A DNA stretch of 27,071 nucleotides. Origin: Patescibacteria group bacterium. GTDB taxonomy: Bacteria > Patescibacteriota > Gracilibacteria > Absconditabacterales > Absconditicoccaceae. The notes beneath the pieces are model-generated. The model did no database searches, was not told the DNA's origin, and saw only the letters and a list, made by a program, of their open reading frames with translations. Made by a program: the position numbers and the translations under genes. Of this stretch, positions 18,284 to 26,627 are shown in pieces. The stretch spans positions 1 through 27,071 of the forward strand of contig JAGOPC010000011.1 in assembly GCA_017992195.1 (NCBI GenBank). The letters run 5' to 3'. Every line of letters starts with the position of its first letter. Within the stretch, counting starts at the first letter, position 1.

Positions 18284-18311
18284 ATTATAGCCAAGCAAAA
18301 CCAATTGTCAA
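18284..18311 (-). promoter_or_regulatory. sigma70-like promoter, TTGACA-N16-TATAAT
   Basis: On the - strand: -35 at 18306-18311 and -10 at 18284-18289. It abuts the UPF0489 stop codon. Confidence 0.6.
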
Positions 18312-18312
18312 T

Positions 18313-19044
18313 CTAAGAAAGCAGTTTCCTGATAATCTCCAGAGCGCGAGTTTGATCGATAAAATAAGGAGAAGTCGCAATCGTAACAACAGCGGCAGAG
18401 GAGATAAGCTGCTTTAGCAGGCTGATTTTATGATCTATGTCCGTTTCATGAGCGAAAAAATCTATGTCGATATCTACGATATAAGATCATAGAGCGTAGT
18501 TCATAGATCACAGATTTTGTACCACCTCTTCTAATGTAAACTCGGTTCTTATCTGAACGCACTCATGAATAAGTCATGAGCGAAGAGCGGGCTGGATGAA
18601 AGAGGCTATCTGCGTCTTGGTGTTCACATATTCAGAAATATAATCGAGATCTCATTGCCTTTCCTGATCGATTCGTTCCGCAGGCTCGTTCATATCGGCG
18701 TGCTGATCGATGTGGAGGAGAGTCATTCACTCTGTAATTATTTTGTTGCGCAACGCTTCATATCGAAAGTAAAGAGCGTGGTTGTGATTGTCGGTGATGT
18801 AGATGGTCTTATTATGGCTCACTATTCTCAGCAATGATTTCAATCCCTTGCACGGTACAAGCTTACCATCTTCAATCTCTTCAAAAACGATATTTTCTCA
18901 CAAAAGGAGATCATCCACAGTTCAGTCCACTACTTGCGCTATGTGCAATTTTCCGTGTGATCACAAAGCCATTCTTTCGACATAGGAGATCGCATTATTT
19001 CCTACTGGCTCGGTGAGTCGGGTCTCATGTGTATAAAAGTTCAT
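18313..19044 (-). CDS. UPF0489 family protein (C5orf22-like, putative metal-dependent hydrolase fold)
   Basis: 243 aa from ATG (19042-19044) to TAG (18313-18315), with 8 in-frame TGA and no TAA or TAG (checked triplet by triplet). It is absent from the ORF track. Its motif series ITDNHNHALYF / LLHIDQHADM / IVDIDIDFF / VTIATSP parallels VVEDHQEVLPF / FLHFDSHPDL / VLDIDLDFF / VTIARSS of UPF0489 proteins as I recall them. Confidence 0.75.
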
Positions 19045-19066
19045 TACTTTCGATCGCTAGGTAAAA

Positions 19067-19855
19067 TTACGAAGATTTAGTCCTTGCTCCACTGGTATGT
19101 TTTGTGCGAGGAGTTTGTGTTCTTTTTGAGTGTCTTGATTTTGGATGAATAGGTTTAGGCGAAGCAACTTTTTCTATTTTACCTTTTGCTTTGCTGAGTT
19201 TTTTTGCTTTGTAGTATTCAGAAAGATTGTAGCAGAGTTCGGCAAGCATCCGCTGCTCATGTCGAGAGATAATGTCGGCGTACTTGTGCCCCTCACGAAT
19301 GTTTGCGACATCAATGCTGATCGTAAAACCGTAGGTGTCCTTTCCCTTTCGGACGGCACCAAAGATATTTTTATAGAGCATCGTGAAGTCAAGTTTCTTC
19401 GTATACTGAAGCATGAGCATCTGTTTTTCGTAGTCTTCCCTATTCAGAATAATGTCAGCTTTGATGTGATGAGAGAGGACATTACGGCAGAAGAAAATGA
19501 TTTTCTGGAAGGCTGGGAACTGGCCATCGAGGAGCTCTTTGAGAAATCTTTCGAACTGGTCGTCCTGCTGCATAAGATCCTTCATCGATGAAAAAACTCA
19601 TCTCAGACCGCTGATCGTCGATAGGTACCCGAAAATATTTTTCTTATCAGGATGCTTATGAATATCCTCAAGAATCTTTTTGATCATGTTCGTATTGAGC
19701 ATCATGCCGGTAGTCTCGCCGGTAGAGATACGGATCGTCTCCTCAACATTCATCTTGCCATCGGTTTTTATACGATGGTCAAGAAACATCGACAGCGACA
19801 AAAATTTGTAGTAGCCTTGCAGAAGCGTGATCTGTGAGAGGGCAGGGGAAGCCAT
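19067..19855 (-). CDS. HEPN-like (Rx4H) / Abi_2-like protein with a basic C-terminal tail
   Basis: 262 aa from ATG to TAA, joining ORFs 19598..19855 and 19067..19585 across TGA 19598. It contains FFCRNVLSHH, which fits Rx4H as in HEPN and AbiD/F-type proteins. The C-terminus is rich in K, R, S and T. It ends 22 nt before the UPF0489 start with no promoter in between. Confidence 0.5.
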
Positions 19856-19882
19856 AGAGTTAAAAGTTCTTAAAGTTAAAAG

Positions 19883-19911
19883 ATTATAAAGGCATGGAAT
19901 AACTGATAAGT
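19883..19911 (-). promoter_or_regulatory. possible promoter (TATAAT -10 with a weak -35)
   Basis: On the - strand, TATAAT lies at 19883-19888. The -35 region reads only ACTTAT or TTATCA. Confidence 0.3.
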
Positions 19912-19948
19912 AGGGATTTGGAGGAAGAAAACGAGGGGAAATGATGGA

Positions 19949-19976
19949 TTGACTTATTCCCAGATAGTGTTATTAT
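19949..19976 (+). promoter_or_regulatory. sigma70-like promoter, TTGACT-N16-TATTAT
   Basis: -35 at 19949-19954 and -10 at 19971-19976, divergent from the HEPN gene. Confidence 0.5.
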
Positions 19977-20041
19977 ATCGGAGTCGAGAAAACGACACGG
20001 ACATTAACATATTATTAACGAAAAACATTCATTTAATTTTT

Positions 20042-20482
20042 ATGAAAACAAAACTATTATTACAGATCGGGATCACCTTCACTTGCATAGCGTTCATCGG
20101 CTGCAACAGTGAGCCGGAGAAGCAAGGGACACATAAAGGCGCTGACATAAAGGCAGATAGCCTTGTCGGAAATGTCATTGGTATGGACACGACCTGGGCC
20201 TACAAAAACAATGGGAATTGTGGGTATGGCGCAGTGGTACTTTCTACCGAAAGCCTGACCGGCAAACTCGATACATTGATTGTGCCACTTTCAGGATTTT
20301 CAGCAATGAATCTCCTCAACGTAATGTGGAATAATGGCATGATATTTAGCGATCTTGTATTTACTATCCCTCGTACCGCTCAATGTAATATCTGGCCCGT
20401 CAGACCTCATTACATTACTCTACAGTACACGGGAATAAGCGACGGGATAACCAATAATGGACCCGAAATATATTTCGAATAA
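20042..20482 (+). CDS. putative lipoprotein (146 aa)
   Basis: MKTKLLLQIGITFTCIAFIGC is a signal peptide with a lipobox-like FIGC. Stop is TAA, followed by a terminator. The TTG start in the ORF track (19949) is actually the -35 box. Confidence 0.6.
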   Translation: MKTKLLLQIGITFTCIAFIGCNSEPEKQGTHKGADIKADSLVGNVIGMDTTWAYKNNGNCGYGAVVLSTESLTGKLDTLIVPLSGFSAMNLLNVMWNNGMIFSDLVFTIPRTAQCNIWPVRPHYITLQYTGISDGITNNGPEIYFE

Positions 20483-20514
20483 AAAATAGTTTTCATGTGA
20501 TAAGGTTTATAGGG

Positions 20515-20543
20515 CCCGGTCTGTTCTCAGACTGGGTTTTTTT
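20515..20543 (+). terminator. rho-independent terminator
   Basis: 9-bp stem CCCGGTCTG/CAGACTGGG (one G-U pair), 4-nt loop, followed by T7. Confidence 0.7.
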
Positions 20544-20560
20544 AATGCTGAAATTTTATG

Positions 20561-21334
20561 CTAGACGGAAATATCATAGCTATGTTTCTTAATAATCTCC
20601 TTAATCGTCGTCGCCAATTTCTCATCTATCCCACGCGCGATCCTATAGAGTCTGTTGATACTGGTATGATATTTTCACTGACGAAGCACGAAGACAACAC
20701 ACTCCCGATCGAGGCTTTTCTGGTACTTCTTCAGTGCCTTCTTGATGAGTTCATAACGATAAGTATCATCACTACCATCGAGACTGTAGAGAGTTTCTAG
20801 TATAGAGAGAATCACATTCGTCACCGTAAAACTATGGCCTCATACGTAGAGTTTTGTCGTATACGGAACAATTTTCTTTAAAAATGATTTTCACTCCGAC
20901 TTCATAGTTTTATAACGAATCTTTTTATCACCAACGAGCGTCTCCTGGGCCTGCTTCTTTTCGTCGAGCACATCGACCGCTTCAGGCGCATCATAGTTCA
21001 TCATATGAAGCTCGAGGGCTTTGAGACCGATGATCGTTCGTCCGGTATTCGCATAGGTCTGACAGTGCTTTCTGAGTATCTGCCGATAAAATCTCTGGAT
21101 GATCTGTGCACTGTCAGGCGACTGATCGGGCGAGGTCACATAGAGCATATCTTTTCTGAGCGACAAAATATGTCACTTATTTTTGAGTTGATGCAGGAGC
21201 TTATAGAGTTTTGTGTCGCTATAGGCGTCATCCATACAACTTTGAAGTGTTTTTTTGACGAAGTCAATGTCGATAAGTTTATCGACACTTTTTGATAGTT
21301 TCTCCACAACAATGTTGAAATAGCTTTTCCTCAT
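20561..21334 (-). CDS. AbiEi-like winged-helix protein (putative antitoxin or regulator), with no AbiEii partner present
   Basis: One frame from ATG 21332-21334 (alternative start TTG 21388) to TAG 20561-20563, with 4 in-frame TGA (21173, 20891, 20840, 20675). The N-terminal LYKLLHQLKNKGHILSLRKDMLYV resembles the AbiEi wHTH signature L..L.k.G.l.r..rG.Y. The assignment is from memory of the family pattern only. Confidence 0.35.
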
Positions 21335-21432
21335 ATAGTAGGATGCACCTAGGGAATAGAATAAATAAAAAATATCCTTTCTTCCCAAAAAATCAAGGCG
21401 AACTTTCCCAAAGAATTTGAATGAATTGTCTG

Positions 21433-21460
21433 TTGTAATTGTACCTGAAAACGATATTAA
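21433..21460 (+). promoter_or_regulatory. sigma70-like promoter, TTGTAA-N16-TATTAA
   Basis: -35 at 21433-21438 and -10 at 21455-21460, upstream of the ATG at 21482. Confidence 0.4.
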
Positions 21461-21481
21461 CGAAAAACGTAAATCGAATGA

Positions 21482-21841
21482 ATGGATAAAGAAGCAAACG
21501 GAGAAAGATTATTACGCACGATAGCTTTAGCTTTTGAACTCTTCTTATCATACATGCAACAAGCCGCACTCTTTACGCAGGATACGTTGGATAAACACAC
21601 AGTCCAGGGGAACAATATGAAGGCAATCTTTCAGGAAAAAGAGGAAGGGAAGTACGATGTTGTACTCGAGATCAATTCACATAAGTTTCTTATCAGCATG
21701 AAGCCAGGACGAACAGACCTCGAAGAGTTCGAAGTGATCGCCATCAAAGGCTTCGTCGAATACAGCCGCGACGTCATCCAGGCACTCAAAGATATCGTCA
21801 GCGATGTCTGTTACGGAAAGGTGCACGAAGCAGCATATTAA
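21482..21841 (+). CDS. hypothetical protein (119 aa)
   Basis: ORF from ATG to TAA, 25 nt upstream of trxA and probably co-transcribed with it. Confidence 0.5.
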   Translation: MDKEANGERLLRTIALAFELFLSYMQQAALFTQDTLDKHTVQGNNMKAIFQEKEEGKYDVVLEINSHKFLISMKPGRTDLEEFEVIAIKGFVEYSRDVIQALKDIVSDVCYGKVHEAAY

Positions 21842-21866
21842 TTTATCAACTAACTCATTAAAACTC

Positions 21867-22229
21867 ATGGATATCATCGGAGCAACCAAATTCAACGAAC
21901 TTATCACAACCTCAGATAAACTTATCATGGTGGACTTCCGGGCAGAGTGGTGCGGACCTTGTCGTATCCTCAAGCCAGTTCTCGAACAACTCGCTGAAAA
22001 ATACGCTGACAAAGTTGAGCTCGTCAAAATAGACGTAGACGCTCAGGATAACTATCCACTCGCTGTTGAGTACCAGGTAAATAGCATCCCACAAGTCACT
22101 TTCTTCAAGAACGGAGTAAAAGTCGACCAGTTCATCGGCGTAGTACCACCGGTAAGAATCGATGAAATCATCAATCAGCATGCGGGCGATATGGCAATTC
22201 CAAGTAAGGATTCGCCGATGGCAGCGTAG
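21867..22229 (+). CDS. trxA: thioredoxin
   Basis: 120 aa with LIMVDFRAEWCGPCRILKP (WCGPC active site) and the thioredoxin-fold order (VDVD...IPQVTFFKNG). The start is taken at the internal ATG 21867 of ORF 21804..22229. Stop is TAG. Confidence 0.88.
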   Translation: MDIIGATKFNELITTSDKLIMVDFRAEWCGPCRILKPVLEQLAEKYADKVELVKIDVDAQDNYPLAVEYQVNSIPQVTFFKNGVKVDQFIGVVPPVRIDEIINQHAGDMAIPSKDSPMAA

Positions 22230-22278
22230 AGTTTCATTTAACGATAAAACAGCGCCTAGCACCTATCATTAGAACACT

Positions 22279-22294
22279 TTACTGACGTCAGTAA
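22279..22294. repeat. perfect 16-bp palindrome TTACTGACGTCAGTAA
   Basis: Read directly, 50 nt after the trxA stop. No loop and no T run, so it is not a typical terminator. Confidence 0.5.
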
Positions 22295-22391
22295 GATGTT
22301 ATTTGCACTCAATAGAGCCAGTTTTAAGACAAAGGATACGTTAGTTTCCCATTACGCATACCACACATAAATCAGAGGCCCTGGCAACACC

Positions 22392-22485
22392 TTATGTAAA
22401 GATATTTGCAATTATGGGCAAATATGTAAACTTTTTATTGCTTTTCTTTACATGTTTGAGTATCATGTAAAGTAAGTTTACATGT
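22392..22485 (+). promoter_or_regulatory. fic promoter (TTGCTT-N17-TATCAT) embedded in an array of five ATGTAAA heptamers and two palindromes
   Basis: ATGTAAA at 22394, 22424 and 22465; TTTACAT at 22447 and 22477. Palindrome CATGTAAAG-TAA-CTTTACATG-like (CATGTAAAgtaagTTTACATG) spans 22464-22484 and overlaps the -10 box (22461-22466). Palindrome ATATTTGC-N8-GCAAATAT spans 22402-22425. The -35 box is at 22438-22443. Confidence 0.5.
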
Positions 22486-22498
22486 TTAACCCAAAAGT

Positions 22499-23566
22499 AT
22501 GTTTTCACCTACTATCCCTTATAATGATCTGCCTTTGCTGCCAGGAAGCTATAATTTTCATAAACCCGAGCATATACAACTTGCCCTGCGCGCGAACCAA
22601 GCGCTAGGTAAGCTTGACGGATTATCACTTCTTTTGCCTGACTATACGCTACTTATAAGTCCTTTACTGGCAAAGGAATCAGTAGCCAGTAATGCTATAG
22701 AAAATATCAATACCACCACTATTGAATTCTTACAAAAAGAGGCGACGGGATCTAAACTGTCAGGAGCGGAAAAAGAGGTTGCATATTATCGTACAACTCT
22801 TCTTCAGGGGATGAGTCTTCTCGAAAAGGAAGGAGGTATTTCAACGAATATGCTTATACATTTACAAGCGATCATAGAACCCGATAAGACAGGTATAAGA
22901 AAAATCCCTGGTACTGTTATCGCGAATAGCACGGGAGAAGTTCTATATACCCCACCCGAGGGAGAACACAAAATCAGAGATCTTCTGGCAAATCTTGAAA
23001 GTTGGATCAACAGCAATGATGGTATTGATTCTCTTATAAAGATGCCCGTTATTCACTATCAGTTTGAGTCGATCCACCCATTTTACGATGGTAATGGAAG
23101 AATAGGAAGAGTCCTCATGATGCTCTATCTTATGCTCACAAAAAAAATACAAAAACCTGTATTATTTCTCAGTTCATATATCCTTCAACACAAGCAAGAG
23201 TACTACCTATCTTTAAAAAGAGGTGAAGAGGAGCATAATTATGATTCTATTATTACCTTTCTTCTTACCGGTATCATAGAGCAAGCACAGGTGACACAAG
23301 AGAAAATAATAGCCATAAACGCATGCCTGAATAAGTATATAGGGATCTTCCAGCAACTTAAACTGAGAGATTACCATCTTCTTGCTACAACATTTTTTAG
23401 ATCCGCCTTCGTTTCGATAAATACGCTTACCGAAATCAGCAACCTTTCGAGACAATCTCTTTCTCTTTACATAAAAAAACTTGAGGACAAAGGTGTAGTC
23501 AAAACAATTAAAGTGTGATCACACAAGTTAGCATTTATACCTGAGTTTATTGAGCTGATAAAGTAA
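22499..23566 (+). CDS. fic: Fic/DOC family AMPylase with Fic_N region, internal inhibitory motif and C-terminal wHTH
   Basis: It has the Fic motif HPFYDGNGRIGR. The N-terminal SNAIEN fits the (S/T)xxxE(G/N) inhibitory helix. The C-terminal LTEISNLSRQSLSLYIKKLEDKGVV is wHTH-like. The standard stop TGA (23516) is read as Gly, giving a further 15 aa (GSHKLAFIPEFIELIK) up to TAA at 23564-23566. Confidence 0.88.
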
Positions 23567-23576
23567 GTAATACAAA

Positions 23577-23601
23577 GGAAGAAGCTCGATGCTTCTTTTT
23601 T
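23577..23601 (+). terminator. rho-independent terminator
   Basis: Stem AAGAAGC/GCTTCTT, loop TCGAT, followed by a T run. Confidence 0.6.
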
Positions 23602-23633
23602 ATTTATCCAAAGTTAATGATGCAGCTTTATCA

Positions 23634-23661
23634 TTGCATTATATTCTCATATTCGTAAGTT
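23634..23661 (+). promoter_or_regulatory. sigma70-like promoter, TTGCAT-N16-TAAGTT
   Basis: -35 at 23634-23639 and -10 at 23656-23661, 40 nt upstream of the ATG at 23701. Confidence 0.45.
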
Positions 23662-23700
23662 AAACGGAAGTTTTTACTTACAGTTTTATTTCTATTTTGA

Positions 23701-24666
23701 ATGGCTAAAAAGATTCCTACGCGGAAAAAGGTAGCATGAGCAATATTAGGAACGGGAATATTAGGAGGCTGATTTTTAGCTTATCCTAGCTTTATGAGCC
23801 AGCAAAAAGCATCTTTAATAGATGCTGCTACAAACTGTAAAACTATATATGAATTTTCATGAAACCATTCTGTGTATCATTTTAAATGAGAACAAACTGA
23901 ACTAAACATAGAACTAAAAAATCTTTCAGAGGGAACAATATGAACAACGGATGAGCATAATCATAGTACAAGAAATTGTAGAATAATGTACATGTATGAC
24001 AATACCAGCACTGGCTATCAAAATATAACCTGACTGATAGCAAAATGAGAAAGCAGCTTCTTAACTATCCCTGTACAAACTCATTCTATAGGCAATACAG
24101 GTAAAATTTCAGTAGATTTAGTTTGCACAGATCAACGGAGTAATAGTTGCAGCCCTGAAGGGAAAGCATTCCTAGCAGACTATAAGGAAATTGATCTAAG
24201 TGGTTTAAGAATATTTATAGTATCGCAAATACAAGGAGTCGACAATTTGAACAATAATATTAAAGATTTTAAAAAAGAACTCTGACGAAAGAACATGAAG
24301 GCGATATCTGTGTATCCTAGTGTTTCCATAGGTAATCCTGGATATGCAGTAATTTTATATAACGAAAAACGCTTTAACGCACTTTGACCAGAGTTAGCGT
24401 TTATAAGCAGGAAACTACAGTTGAGATTTTCTCATTTTAACTATATAGTGTCATGAGCAATCAATGATGAAAACTTTAATGAGCATTTTTGAAATCTTAA
24501 CGACTGCACCCTCCCAGACGATAAAGGCAAATTGGCTTGCTCTTTAGACGGCTACTATTTTGATAACATAGCAGATAATTTTGTTTTCAGTAAAAGAATG
24601 CTAATGAATGATACAAATTTAGAAACTATTGATTTCATTGTAGATATTCCAAGAGTGAAGCCTTAA
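23701..24666 (+). CDS. membrane-anchored hypothetical protein (321 aa), visible only with TGA=Gly
   Basis: The ORF track reports no ORF of 60 aa or more across about 1 kb here. Frame 1 from ATG 23701 to TAA 24664-24666 has 11 TGA and no TAA or TAG in a visibly AT-rich stretch (checked codon by codon). It has an N-terminal TM (VAGAILGTGILGGGFLAYP), then a polar domain containing several Cys. Confidence 0.7.
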
Positions 24667-26567
24667 CCTCTCTCAGCTAACTCCAACCACCTAGTCTCTT
24701 TCTCGCCTAATACCTTCGTAATTTCACCCATTTCCTTACCTAATTTCTTCATCTTATCACCATCTAGCATCTCTCCCTGATACATGAAATTGATCTCATC
24801 AACTCTTTTTTCGAGGACGGAAATTTCTTTGCCAAGGGTGTCCATTTCGAGCTTTTCTTTGTAGGAAAGCTTTTTCTTTTCAGGGAGGACGGCGGCTTCT
24901 TTCGTGGCTTCCTGCTTTTGTCTTTGGGCCTGCAGTTCTTTTCTTTCGAGTTGTTGTTGCTCGGATCTGTGAGCCACGTATTCACTGTAGGATCCTCGGA
25001 AATCTGTGACTTTGCCGTCTCATTCGAATGCAAAGATATGGTCGACGATACGGTCCATGAAAAATCTGTCATGAGAAATCACTATTAGGCAGCCCGTATA
25101 GTCAAGGAGGAACTCCTCAAGGATCGCGAGGGTGACGAGGTCGAGATCGTTAGTAGGTTCATCGAGTATCAGGAAGTTTGGATTTTTGATAAGAACCATG
25201 AGTAAGTGGAGACGTCTTTTTTCACCTCAGCTCAGTGTGCTTGCGAAAGCTTGTTGTTGAGCGGGGGAGAAGAGAAAGCGTTCGAGCATTTGTGAGGCGG
25301 TGAGTTTCTTTCATTTTGCGACGAAAATATATTCGGCAACATCTCTGACGACGTCGATGACTCTTTTATCGGTTTGGAAGAGGGATTGCGTTTGCTGGTA
25401 GTGACCCATGTAGATAGTCTTTCACTGTTGGATATCGCCGCTGTCGGCCGGTTCTTCGCCGGTGAGGATATTCACGAAGGTGGACTTTCAGACACCGTTT
25501 TTGCCGATGATACCAACGCGTTCGCCATGTCTAAAGTCATGTGAAAAGTCACGGAGAATAGGCTTATCACCAAAGGATTTTTTGAGGTGGTGGATCTTGA
25601 GGATCTTGTCACCCATTCTTCTTTGGTTCACTTCGATGGTGAGTTTTTTGGCTTTTTCATTCAGTATGCTTTTGCTAGCTTTGTAGGTATCTTCCAGCTC
25701 TTCAAAATCTTTGATCCTCGCATACTGCTTCGTTCTTCTAGCGCCGGGAGCTCTGCGCATCCGGTCAAGCTCGTGCCTTCGGAGCTGTTTCATATTGTGG
25801 ACGGTTTTTTGCTCGAGCTCTTCACGCTGCGCTTTCTTTTCGAGAAAGATTTGATAGTTACCGTTGTATGAGTGGATCTTTCCTCTGTCGAGTTCGAGGA
25901 TATTGGTACAGACGCGTTCGAGAAAGTAACGATCGTGCGTGACGAGAAGTAACGTTAAATGAGATTGTTTTAAGTAATTTTCCAGCCGTTCGATCATGTC
26001 GAGATCAAGGTGATTAGTAGGCTCATCTAATATGAGGAAATCAGGTTCATCGAGGAGCGCCTTTGCAAGAGCGACACGTTTTGCTTCACCTCATGAGAGT
26101 GATCACATAGGGGTGGTGAGATGTTGCGTGAGATTGAGCTGACCGATGATAGTCTTCACTTTCACTTCGTACTCCCGGGCATGGGCTTCTTCGATCTGGT
26201 GGAGGATCTTTTGCATCTCGTCTTCGCTGTGGTTTGGATCGAGGAGAAGAGCCTCGTAGTGTCTGATGAGTTGTCATAGTTCGTTCTCATGCGTGAAGAG
26301 CGCTTCAAGAACAGGCATATTTGGATCTACTTGAAAATCTTGAGCGAGAAAAGAGACGCGCACATTCTTCGTGAAAGTAATATCGCCCGCACTTCACTCA
26401 AGCTGACCCATGATGAGCTTGAGAAGTGTAGTTTTACCTGCGCCGTTCTGCGCAACGAGAGCAACCTTCTGTCACTTTTCGATGGCAAAATTAACATCCT
26501 GAAGCAGGGGTTTCCCGGTGAATGACTTATAGAGCTTTCTGACGAGGAGGTATTGCATGAGGTTCAT
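24663..26567 (-). CDS. uup: ABC-F family ATPase with C-terminal coiled-coil domain (Uup-like)
   Basis: 634 aa in one frame from ATG (26565-26567; alternative 26558) to TAA (24663-24665), with 10 in-frame TGA. It has two NBDs: QNGAGKTT and GKNGVGKST (middle G is TGA 25488). LSGGE occurs twice (a G is TGA at 26091 and at 25227). LILDEPTN occurs twice. The C-terminus is a charged coiled coil. Confidence 0.92.
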
Positions 26568-26572
26568 GATAT

Positions 26573-26598
26573 AAAAAAATGCCTTGTAAACAAGGCAT
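26573..26598 (-). terminator. rho-independent terminator
   Basis: On the - strand: perfect 8-bp stem ATGCCTTG/CAAGGCAT, 4-nt loop, followed by T7. The ABC-F ATG follows within 6 nt. Confidence 0.65.
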
Positions 26599-26627
26599 TC
26601 CGGCTCTTTAGCAGCACGAGGTTGAAA

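Noticed and set aside
19949-20041. TTG 19949 as the start of the lipoprotein ORF.
   Set aside because: That TTG is the -35 hexamer TTGACT. Met 20042 starts a classic signal peptide with a lipobox.
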